Positions 56,601 to 64,000 of a DNA stretch of 64,000 nucleotides are shown here, in pieces. The notes beneath the pieces are model-generated. The model had not been told where the DNA came from, ran no database searches, and worked only from the letters and a program-made list of their open reading frames with translations. Every line of letters begins with the position of its first letter. Position 1 is the stretch's first letter. A program made the translations under genes and the position numbers. Origin of the DNA: a virus; the IMG/VR virus record IMGVR_UViG_3300025162_000016, positions 1 to 64,000 of that record; one strand, given 5' to 3'.

Positions 56601-56876
56601 TCTTTAAGTGGGTTTGAACGGGTTATAACTTCAATTGCAATCCGAGTTGCTTTATGTAATATATCTAATCTACCCAGAAATAACTTCCTAATCGTGGATG
56701 AAGGCTGGGGGGCTCTTGATGCTCATAATTTATCATCTGTCCCGGTTTTACTATCGGTGTTAAAAAGTCATTTTGATTTTATAATAATCATTTCACACTT
56801 AAATGTATTGAGAGATTATACGGATAATCAAATAGAAATAAAACAAATAGGAAATTTTAGTAAAGTTACATTTTAG
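53664..56876 (+). CDS. Fused Mre11/SbcD-like phosphoesterase + Rad50/SbcC-like ATPase
   Basis: HLADVH, GDVFH, GNHD, FHG and GDIH motifs. Then Walker A GPNTCGKSS, a long coiled coil with a CVFC hook-like motif, LSGFER signature, LIVDEG Walker B and IIISH. Confidence 0.7.
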   Translation: MKVLQVRNQNFKRIIHLADVHIRLLKRHIEYKEVFDKFFEEISILSKEETCICILGDVFHSKTDLQPESIELCNYFLSGCANRFPTILIAGNHDAILSNKTRLDSLSPIVKALNNPNLYYLNKTDLYGFGNILFNNMCIFDDPEKYMKGYDIPEVYRNQYSHIIALFHGAVDGSVTDTGFRMNNPAIMPPLFDWHHIALLGDIHKRQNIQEAIPEEHKPCIHFCGSLLQQNHGESLHGHGYTLWDLKDYSYKHVEVLNDYGHFTLELNGGQILTNLDDLPKKTYLRIKCLDTIPSEVKATEAKLSLLTEIVETARIRIESETDKQAKKERVCKDVKLAEIADVDYQNKLITEFLEVKENLRDKSKVDKILLINREVNTEIKKDEFARNIKWIPIKFEWSNMFVYGENNVIDFTQMRGTYGVFGPNTCGKSSIFSALCFCMFDKWDRGYKSIVARNVSTQGFHCKFEFEISGIRYFIEKTGETTKGGNVRVEVNFWRIVDRVVQDLTDVMRRKTNDVIRDYVGTFEDFIVTTLSVQTVTKNTISFIDLGNTERKDLLVQFMGLNVFDKLYDAAYAKGKELTIELKPHKDKNYIKDLDDTEATLKYTQLAIGECQHVAEDVSRQVKEVNDNIVIETTKLIKLDNEVPTDILFLEKKRLSSIAETEKLIKQIGIDKPKLEIYRKKMLELNEQLSEIIAADLVKEHKKYNEICKQLNDETRKYELKKVEIKNKLDKLKKLEEYKYDPNCVFCVENVFVKDARQTKSVLKTDQEEMNIAFASITKLKEQQKECDWVDAAYQHYTKLLNDHSKAKDDFTTLNTKILLTEKDVEKGTQSLLETERKIELYHRNQIALENNQKINLIILTYKNTLNKLESTFNSNNKKLLELVGKEQVLKGTVQTVTETIQKMIDTEEKRELYEYYCRAVGRNGIPYVVICNTIPEITREINAILTQTTDFTVDIEYDEKNITPYVNYETKGRWVVESLSGFERVITSIAIRVALCNISNLPRNNFLIVDEGWGALDAHNLSSVPVLLSVLKSHFDFIIIISHLNVLRDYTDNQIEIKQIGNFSKVTF

Positions 56877-56908
56877 CGAAAACGTCGGTTGGAGATATAT
56901 GTATATGA

Positions 56909-59650
56909 ATGAGTTTGTTATCATCATTTGGGAAGCAAGGCGAGACGCTCGGGTTGCTTACCCTTAAAGCGGACATCGAAGATACAGCACAGCTATCTAA
57001 ATATTTCGCATTGACGGAGTTTGACCCTGTTTTTACCGCAGGGAAAAACTCCGTTGCTTTTAATGGATCTAATCTGTTAAAGGATAAATCCGAGGTTAAA
57101 GTCGAATGTATAGATTCTCATGGCAATTCCTTATATATGGAAAATGCCAGAGCAATCAATTCACAGTTCACGGATGCGTCCAAATTTGTTTTAGCGGTTC
57201 ATATCTATGAGGAAGTTTATAATGGACCAGGAAAATTAATCCTTGTAGGAACTACCGTTCGAGGAGAAATCGTCAGATGGATAGGAAACATCACTATAGA
57301 TAAAACCCTCGATAATAGTTCTAAAGTCAGATTTTATTATAAACCCACACTGGAAATCCGTCCTTTATTATATCCACTTATAGATACAGGAGTGGCTCAA
57401 ACAATTTATCCTCCCCTTCCGGCCACAAGAGGCGCAACTGCAATTGCAACTATAACAGGCAAAATCGAGCATATAGAAATTACTATCGGAGGAAGGGACT
57501 ATACATATGCGCAGGTTGGACTTAAGCGTGGTCCATTCTATACACAGTGGGTCAGTGCAGATGTGGTGGTAGATATACATGGAAGTATTATATCCCTTGT
57601 TATAACCGGACAGATGCCACCATGGGAAGGTGTGGTGGAAAGAATAGAAATAAAAGGAGATGGATATGGTGCATTTGGAACTCCAGTCAAGTTAAATCAA
57701 GTTGCGTCTATTATTTTGCAAGATGGCGGAATAGGATATACGTATAACCCTGTAGTTACAATTACCGGAGTTGCTGGAACTGGAGCAACAGCAACCGCAA
57801 CTGTATTTAACAGCGTCGTAACTTCTGTTGAACTCACAAATTCAGGGTCTGGATATACCGCCATTCCTACTGTTAATTTTGAGGTTCCTCCTTATGTTCC
57901 CCCGGCGATATTAAATGTTCCAGTATCTTTTACTGGAAGTTTTTATACGTATGCAACTAATCCGCTTAGAGATGCGGATAAGTTCACACTTAATGCTAAA
58001 CAAACGGAGGTTGATTATCGTCTAATATTATCTGGATCAACCGATGATTTTAAATTAGATTCGCCGACATTTCCTTCTAATTCATTTAATAGTCAAATGG
58101 AAGGACAGACTATTAATTTAAATATAAGTGAAATTTTACTTCCCTTTTCTTATCAAACAGTATCCTCAAGTATAACCCAATCTTTTACAATTAAAAAAGT
58201 AAAGGACAATAAAACCATTCAATTATCGGAACCCTTTTATTATGCGGATGGAAAAAATGAATTTGTTGCTCATATTACTAAAGGAACATTCAATTGTTTA
58301 TATGACTATGTTTTATATAACACAAACCCAGATTCTGTAAAAAAAATAAAAACATCTCCAACTGAAACAGTAAATGTTGAAGAATCTCACGCCGAAATTA
58401 CGTATAGAAATCTCCGAACTTATTCGGGATTTGTAGCTCGACATAAATTATATCGAAAAAGCGCATTTGCTCCGGGCGATTTTCAATTAATTTCAGATGA
58501 ATTATTAGGATCATTAGAGTTATTACAAGACACGGTGACTTTTAATAAATTTTATGATAGAATGGGAGTATTTTATAATCAACTTCATGTTGACAAATAT
58601 TGGTTTACCAGTTCAAACGCTATAAGTGTTCAAGCACAATCTTCTCCTCTTAATTCAATGAAGATTTCGGGAAGTACTCCAACCACGTTTGATGGTCATC
58701 AATATGTTATCATAAAAAATGATTCTACCGGTGGTATTAATGATAATATATATTATCCTTACAACGAAATAGAATTTAATCGACAATCGGGATCATCCTA
58801 CAATGCTAATTTTGTACCTCTTAAGAAAGACGCACTATATGCACTTTCTTTTAATGTGACAATGGAAAAAGAGGCATTGGATACAACTGCCAATGTTGCA
58901 TTCTATTTTACTAGTTCCATTCCCAGTATAAAGTTAGAAAAATCATATGAATCCCCACACGGATTGAAATTAGGAGCGGTATCTACAACAGATAAAACTG
59001 CCATAAAATATTTTACGGATAAACAAGTATTATATTTTACTCCAACTAATGATTATTATGGAACTTTAGTAGTAATACCATATCATTGCAATGTTATATT
59101 ATCGGATATTTCTTTAAAATTGTATGGAGATCATGGGTTTTCTCCGGATATTCTTTTTATTAGAATACCGTTTCCGTTAAAAGTCGCAAATGAAGCATTT
59201 AACTTGAAAGCGGAGTTATTAGATATTAATTCTAATGTGGTTTTTTCTAACATTACATCAACCCAAACGTTTGATACAATTGGCGCTAGTTTGAATGGGG
59301 CTGGAGTTAGTAATTTAAACGCCGTCATTTCAGTTGTACCAACGGACGGCACAACGCCCCCCACGGTTGTAGTTACAGGAACCCCATATCTCCCAGATTT
59401 AGCCGCTGCTACGGATCTTATTAGATTTGTTGGATGGCACATTCCAACCGATGTAGGAGAAAAAGGAAAACTGTGCTATACCAATGTATCTCAATTATTT
59501 ATTGATTCAGACGAATATATTGTATTAAATTCGTATGAAAGTGGAATAGAACATATTGCGAAATCCGTGGCAGTTAGATATGACTTTTCTGTCGGCCAAG
59601 GTCGCAAAATCGTGGTTAATACTCTTGGAGTTAAAGAATCGTTCCCGTAA
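56909..59650 (+). CDS. Large virion structural protein with G.GYT..P.V tandem modules
   Basis: DGGIGYTYNPVVTITGVAGTGATATATV...NSGSGYTAIPTVNFE. Confidence 0.4.
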   Translation: MSLLSSFGKQGETLGLLTLKADIEDTAQLSKYFALTEFDPVFTAGKNSVAFNGSNLLKDKSEVKVECIDSHGNSLYMENARAINSQFTDASKFVLAVHIYEEVYNGPGKLILVGTTVRGEIVRWIGNITIDKTLDNSSKVRFYYKPTLEIRPLLYPLIDTGVAQTIYPPLPATRGATAIATITGKIEHIEITIGGRDYTYAQVGLKRGPFYTQWVSADVVVDIHGSIISLVITGQMPPWEGVVERIEIKGDGYGAFGTPVKLNQVASIILQDGGIGYTYNPVVTITGVAGTGATATATVFNSVVTSVELTNSGSGYTAIPTVNFEVPPYVPPAILNVPVSFTGSFYTYATNPLRDADKFTLNAKQTEVDYRLILSGSTDDFKLDSPTFPSNSFNSQMEGQTINLNISEILLPFSYQTVSSSITQSFTIKKVKDNKTIQLSEPFYYADGKNEFVAHITKGTFNCLYDYVLYNTNPDSVKKIKTSPTETVNVEESHAEITYRNLRTYSGFVARHKLYRKSAFAPGDFQLISDELLGSLELLQDTVTFNKFYDRMGVFYNQLHVDKYWFTSSNAISVQAQSSPLNSMKISGSTPTTFDGHQYVIIKNDSTGGINDNIYYPYNEIEFNRQSGSSYNANFVPLKKDALYALSFNVTMEKEALDTTANVAFYFTSSIPSIKLEKSYESPHGLKLGAVSTTDKTAIKYFTDKQVLYFTPTNDYYGTLVVIPYHCNVILSDISLKLYGDHGFSPDILFIRIPFPLKVANEAFNLKAELLDINSNVVFSNITSTQTFDTIGASLNGAGVSNLNAVISVVPTDGTTPPTVVVTGTPYLPDLAAATDLIRFVGWHIPTDVGEKGKLCYTNVSQLFIDSDEYIVLNSYESGIEHIAKSVAVRYDFSVGQGRKIVVNTLGVKESFP

Positions 59651-59711
59651 ATATTTATAGAAAAATATAGAAAAATATACTTTTTGAATAAGAATGTTCA
59701 TATATACTAAT

Positions 59712-59876
59712 ATGAAACTATCTCATTGGGCAAAAACTCAAGGCATTACTTACCGGACCGCATGGAATTGGTTTAAAGCAGGGAAAATGCCGGTGAAGAC
59801 TATTCAAACTAAAACCGGAACAATATTGGTTGAAATCTCATCTCCAATTAATTGTATAAAAAAGTCAAAGCCATGA
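59712..59876 (+). pseudogene. Stand-alone IS607-TnpA-type HTH (truncated tnpA remnant or domesticated regulator)
   Basis: MKLSHWAKTQGITYRTAWNWFKAGKMPVKTIQTKTGTILVE is close to the N-terminus of the 11080 TnpA and has no recombinase domain. The upstream ATATAGAAAAATAT block is shared. Confidence 0.5.
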
Positions 59877-59921
59877 AATCTGAGTTTTGATGATGTAAAA
59901 TAAGCATATTAAAAAGTAATT

Positions 59922-60569
59922 ATGTATAAGAATAAATCGAATATTTCCATAGTAAAATCTTATTTGGCAGGGGAACGTCCATTTGTGAAGGTAGGATATT
60001 CCGTACCCGAAATTAAACGAGAAATCGGTTCTACCTGGGTTGATAATCAGGATGTAAAATGGGAACAAAAAGATGGATATAAAACCCGAATCAATGAACA
60101 AGCTAATATGATTAAAGCGGCAATGAAACGAAAATGCAAATGTGGACAGGAAATTCAATATGGAAGTAGATTGGATGAAGTATTCTTTTCTAAAACAGGT
60201 AAATGCTTTGATTGTATTATTAAAGAAGAAACCGAATACCGAGTTTTAGGAGTCTATCCTCAATACGAAGCTTTCAAACTTCTATCGAATTATTTAGGAT
60301 TTTTAGAAGATATGAAACAGAAAATTGAAGATAGTATAAAATATTTTCAAACAGAAGATGGAACTTTGCAAATCTTATGTAATAGTGAAGGATTTTTGGA
60401 AAAATTCAAAGGAATAAATACCGAAGAATTATTGGTTTCTGCTAAAAATGATTTGTCCGAAATTACAAAGTTAATTTCAAAAACGTCCAAAGATAAAAAG
60501 AAAGCCAAAAAGACATTTAATGAGGATTTAAAAAAGACCCGAAAGAATTTAACTTCTAGCATAAAATGA
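59922..60569 (+). CDS. Hypothetical protein (small-terminase position)
   Basis: Immediately upstream of and overlapping terL. CKCG...CFDC zinc ribbon. Function not recognisable. Confidence 0.3.
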   Translation: MYKNKSNISIVKSYLAGERPFVKVGYSVPEIKREIGSTWVDNQDVKWEQKDGYKTRINEQANMIKAAMKRKCKCGQEIQYGSRLDEVFFSKTGKCFDCIIKEETEYRVLGVYPQYEAFKLLSNYLGFLEDMKQKIEDSIKYFQTEDGTLQILCNSEGFLEKFKGINTEELLVSAKNDLSEITKLISKTSKDKKKAKKTFNEDLKKTRKNLTSSIK

Positions 60570-61159
60570 GCGATAATACAGTAAAAAGATCTCTTCAAGA
60601 GATCATTAAAGAAGAATATAAAAAATGCTTAATAGATCCGGTATATTTCATGCGGAAATATGTCAAAATTCAGCATCCTATTCGTGGAACTATAGCGTTC
60701 GATCTTTATCCGTTTCAAGCATCTACGCTGAAAGATTTTGCCGATAATGATTTCAGCATCGTATTGAAATCTCGCCAAATGGGAATATCCACACTAGTAG
60801 CGGCATATTCTCTGTGGCTTATGATTTTTCATAAAGATAAAAATGTACTTATCATTTCTATTAAACAAGACGTATCTAAAGAAATTGTATCAAAAATTCG
60901 ATTTGCAAATGATAATCTTCCGTCTTGGATGAGGGTAGAATGCAAAGAAGATAATCGACTATCACTTAAATTAGCCAATGGATCACAAGTATCAGCGGTC
61001 TCATCTGCTACAACCGCAGGGAGATCCGCAGCACTTAGTCTTTTAGTTTTAGATGAATGTTGCGAAAAATCTACAGTGGTGTATATTCGAAACAAGAAAA
61101 CCGGCGAAACAAAACCGGTAAAAATTGGTGAATTATATGAATCAAATATATACGTGTAA
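60566..61159 (+). CDS. terL: Terminase large subunit, N-terminal fragment ending in a 33-aa split-intein N-piece
   Basis: Walker A-like KSRQMGIST, Walker B LLVLDE. CCEKSTVVYIRNKKTGETKPVKIGELYE then a stop. Confidence 0.75.
   Translation: MSDNTVKRSLQEIIKEEYKKCLIDPVYFMRKYVKIQHPIRGTIAFDLYPFQASTLKDFADNDFSIVLKSRQMGISTLVAAYSLWLMIFHKDKNVLIISIKQDVSKEIVSKIRFANDNLPSWMRVECKEDNRLSLKLANGSQVSAVSSATTAGRSAALSLLVLDECCEKSTVVYIRNKKTGETKPVKIGELYESNIYV
61058..61156 (+). mobile_element. Split intein, N-fragment (33 aa)
   Basis: Begins with Cys directly after LDE. T4-type terminases read DECAFI, which is restored by joining to CAFIEK at 62906. Confidence 0.6.
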
Positions 61160-62573
61160 ACTGGATAATAAAGAATGCAAATCGCAGTCAGAATTTGTGG
61201 TTCATTTGAAAAAATGTCATGGATTTAATACGAAAAGTTATTATGATTCGGTGATTAAACCCGGATTAAATGGGAAATGTTTAAATTGTACAAAAGATAC
61301 GATTTTTTTAGGATTGCGGGAGGGATATCAAAAATTTTGTTCTAATAAATGCCGCAGTGAATATTTTAAAAATCACAAGGAGTTGCAAGAGTTACGAACA
61401 CAAAAAATAAAAAAAACTAAGTTAGAAAAATATGGAGACGAAAATTATAATAATGTAGATAAAATGCAGAAAACATGTTTGAAAAAATATGGGAAAATAA
61501 CAGCTACTGGCACCGAAGAATATAATAAAAAACATCGTGAAACTTGTTTAAAGAGATATGGAGTGGAACATCATGCTCAATCCGACGAAGTAAAAAATAA
61601 GTCTAAACAGACATGTTTAAATCATTATGGAGTGGAATATACGTTACAATCAAAGGAAATAAGAGATAGGATAGATAATACTGTTAATGAAAAATATGGC
61701 GGATATACATTGGCATCGAAGACATTATCGGAGAAAATGAAAAATACAATGATAGAGAAGTATGGCGTGGAAAATGCGCTACAAAGTGATGTCATAAAAG
61801 AAAAGCAACGGGCAACCAATCGGGAGAGATATGGAGCATCTGTGCCAACTCAAAATAAAGATGTTATTTTAAAAATGAAGAAAAGTAACATAAAAAAATA
61901 TGGAATTGAGAATACTTTTAATCTTATACAGACAAAAAACACTTTTCTGGAAAAATATAACGTTATAAACCCATCTCAAATACCGGCAGTTCAAGAAAAA
62001 ATTAAGGAAACGTGTCTGGAGAAATATGGTAGTAATACTTTTTTTGCCTCGGATTATGCAAAGGAAAAAATTAAAAATACATGCATGGAACGATATGGAG
62101 TGTCCTGTGTTTTATTGCTCCCCGAAATAAAAGAAAAATCGAAGCAAACCAACATTTTAAAGTATGGAGTTGCACACCCAATGCAAAATTCAATAATTAG
62201 AAACAAAGTAATGTCGGCTATAAATAGAAAGTCGTATAAATTACAACAATATATGACCATTTTTAACGATAATATTGTATATCAATCTCTTCCGGAACTT
62301 GCATTTATTAAGCTGTGCGAATCGAGGGGACTTCGAATTTTAAATGGACCGGTTTTACCGTATATTTTAGATGAAAAAAACAGAATGTATTATTCAGACT
62401 TTTTAATTTCCGACACGAAAAGTCAGCGAATAGTAGAAATTAAAAGAAAGCATGAATGGTGGTTTTCCGGATTAAAATCGGGAGAAATTAAAGCAAAAAC
62501 GAAATGCGCAATAAAATTCAGTAAAGAAAATGGATATTTGCCGTATAAAATCATTTTCGAAAATAAGATATGA
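61137..62573 (+). CDS. Free-standing nuclease between the terL halves (Zn fingers + ~12 tandem ~23-aa repeats + PD-(D/E)xK-like C-terminus)
   Basis: Repeats of type .TCL.KYGVE...QS. C-terminal YYSDFLI...IVEIKRK (D...ExK). Alternative start at 61125. Confidence 0.55.
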   Translation: MNQIYTCKLDNKECKSQSEFVVHLKKCHGFNTKSYYDSVIKPGLNGKCLNCTKDTIFLGLREGYQKFCSNKCRSEYFKNHKELQELRTQKIKKTKLEKYGDENYNNVDKMQKTCLKKYGKITATGTEEYNKKHRETCLKRYGVEHHAQSDEVKNKSKQTCLNHYGVEYTLQSKEIRDRIDNTVNEKYGGYTLASKTLSEKMKNTMIEKYGVENALQSDVIKEKQRATNRERYGASVPTQNKDVILKMKKSNIKKYGIENTFNLIQTKNTFLEKYNVINPSQIPAVQEKIKETCLEKYGSNTFFASDYAKEKIKNTCMERYGVSCVLLLPEIKEKSKQTNILKYGVAHPMQNSIIRNKVMSAINRKSYKLQQYMTIFNDNIVYQSLPELAFIKLCESRGLRILNGPVLPYILDEKNRMYYSDFLISDTKSQRIVEIKRKHEWWFSGLKSGEIKAKTKCAIKFSKENGYLPYKIIFENKI

Positions 62574-64000
62574 GCAATTTTAAAAAAATATCGGATTGGG
62601 AAGTATTAACTCCAAATGGGTGGAGCGAGTTTAAAGGGGTTCAGGTTCGTCAAAAAGATTGTTATATTAAAATGGTATTTGATGATGGAACAATTTTAGA
62701 ATGTTCGGAAAATCATAAAATTAAATTATTAAATGGTAAATTTGAATATGTTAAAAACATTGAACTTGGCACTTCGATTTTAGCATTAAATGGAAATAAA
62801 ATTTTAGTATCTAAAGAGAAGATTGATGGGGAAATTGATTTATATGATTTGATAGAAGTGAAGAAAAACCGGGAATTTTATTCCAACGATATTTTATCAA
62901 GTAATTGTGCATTTATTGAAAAGGCGGAAGAGATTTGGGCGGCAGCCCAGCCCACACTATCTTGTTTAGATAAAAATACACTTATTTTATCCGACATGGG
63001 TTTAATTCGTTTGGAAACTTTTATTAATAGCTCAACTAAACTGGAATTTAATCCTGTAAATATAAAAACACATGATGGCGATAATATGGTTGATGTTTCT
63101 TCTTTTTATAAATCCGAAAAATCGGATTTATATGAAGTGGAATTTGAAAGTGGTGGCAAGATTGTTGGAACCGAGAATCATCCATTAATGACAAAAAGCG
63201 GGTGGAAAACTATTGGGGATTTAAACGAAAATGAGGATGCTGTTTTATGTAAATATTCTCAAAATGTTTTTGGTTCATCTATAGATTATACTAAATTCAA
63301 TCCCAATATTAGGAAGGATGCTATTGTTTATAAATTCTCCAATGAAGAAATTGCTTATTTGTGCGGGATTTGGACCGCTGAAGGTCACATTTGTAAAAAA
63401 ACAGTTGGGATTACTAACACAGATAAAGAAATAACCGATTGGTTAAAAGAAAAAGGATTTAAATGTTATGATGATAGACATTATTATTTAAGTTCGGGTT
63501 GGGTGGTTAATCTTTTAAAATGGATAGGATGTGAAGGAACGGCTCATACAAAACGAATTCCGGAACGAATTCTTGCGGCATCCCAAGAAGAACAAATTGC
63601 GTTTCTTCAAGGATTGTTTGATGGAGATGGTTGTTCATTAGGTTCCAAAGGAATTAAACTTACATCGGGTTCATATGAACTGCTTTCTAATGTGAGAGTT
63701 GTTCTATTGAATATGGGAATAAATTCTTATATACGAAATGCAGTATGGAAATCAACAAAATCCACGGTTATTAAAGATAAAACTAGAATTTTCAGTGGGT
63801 ATGAATTACATATTGGAGGTTTTGACGCCCATTCATTTTATTCTACAATTGGGTTTAGAATTAAAAGAAAACAACTTGGCTGGCAAAAGTTATCAAGAAA
63901 ATCTATTAAACGGATTTTTCCAGATAAGACAATCGTTAAAAACTTAATTCTTGAAAGTGGGATGTCGGTTAGAAAATTTTCAAAAAAACACAAGTGTTAT
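62570..64000 (+). CDS. terL: Terminase large subunit, C-terminal fragment (partial, runs off the window). Starts with the split-intein C-piece and contains a second intein
   Basis: The ATG overlaps the upstream TGA. My translation is open to 64000: MSNFKKISDWEV...DILSSN|CAFIEKAEEIWAAAQPTLS|CLDKNTLIL... Confidence 0.7.
   Translation, partial: MSNFKKISDWEVLTPNGWSEFKGVQVRQKDCYIKMVFDDGTILECSENHKIKLLNGKFEYVKNIELGTSILALNGNKILVSKEKIDGEIDLYDLIEVKKNREFYSNDILSSNCAFIEKAEEIWAAAQPTLSCLDKNTLILSDMGLIRLETFINSSTKLEFNPVNIKTHDGDNMVDVSSFYKSEKSDLYEVEFESGGKIVGTENHPLMTKSGWKTIGDLNENEDAVLCKYSQNVFGSSIDYTKFNPNIRKDAIVYKFSNEEIAYLCGIWTAEGHICKKTVGITNTDKEITDWLKEKGFKCYDDRHYYLSSGWVVNLLKWIGCEGTAHTKRIPERILAASQEEQIAFLQGLFDGDGCSLGSKGIKLTSGSYELLSNVRVVLLNMGINSYIRNAVWKSTKSTVIKDKTRIFSGYELHIGGFDAHSFYSTIGFRIKRKQLGWQKLSRKSIKRIFPDKTIVKNLILESGMSVRKFSKKHKCY
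62573..62905 (+). mobile_element. Split intein, C-fragment (~111 aa)
   Basis: Hint-like ...GTILECSENHKIKLLNGKF...DLYDLIEVKKNREFYSNDILSSN followed by Cys+1. Confidence 0.55.
62963..64000 (+). mobile_element. Second terL intein with LAGLIDADG endonuclease (partial at the window end)
   Basis: Starts CLDKNTLILSD, TENHPLMT block B-like, LAGLIDADG motifs YLCGIWTAEGH and FLQGLFDGDGC. Confidence 0.7.

Overview
AT-rich segment of a tailed dsDNA phage genome, with almost all genes on the + strand. Core modules are a P2/T4-style baseplate and fibre block (gp25-like, Baseplate-J-like, several giant fibre-like ORFs), a glycosylation island, a primase, a fused Mre11/Rad50-type protein and a large terminase gene broken up by inteins. 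Accessory content is dense. (1) A 7-repeat CRISPR array sits in the window with no cas1/cas2 or classical effector. Its 36-nt repeat recurs once, inverted, 96 nt downstream of an IS607-type tnpA-tnpB pair, which is where a TnpB guide (omega) RNA would end. This is my top candidate for an undescribed TnpB/CRISPR hybrid. (2) Two more solo-tnpB IS200/IS605-type elements have covarying end hairpins, and there is a ~210-bp tnpB-less miniature derivative plus a solo right-end-like hairpin. (3) Six unrelated small proteins share an N-terminal M-I-K-L-K-x-L...[LI]-x-E leader that looks like a capsid-targeting/prohead-protease signal, marking a set of probably packaged and injected effectors (GNAT, two ART-like paralogs and others). 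(4) There are three inteins. One sits exactly at the catalytic Cys of a papain-like protease. One is split in terL with a free-standing nuclease gene between the halves. One is a LAGLIDADG intein in terL. (5) A phosphate-acquisition/cell-surface cassette (phosphatase, OMP, pstS with Pho-box-like repeats) is bracketed by >=166-bp inverted repeats that carry outward promoters. (6) Two tandem ppGalNAc-transferase-like domains lie next to a mucin-like Thr/Pro-rich protein. (7) Smaller items are a tRNA cluster, a ~290-nt structured intergenic RNA candidate and a candidate -1 frameshift site. Everything here comes from manual reading of the sequence and ORF track. No database search, folding program or tRNA scanner was run.
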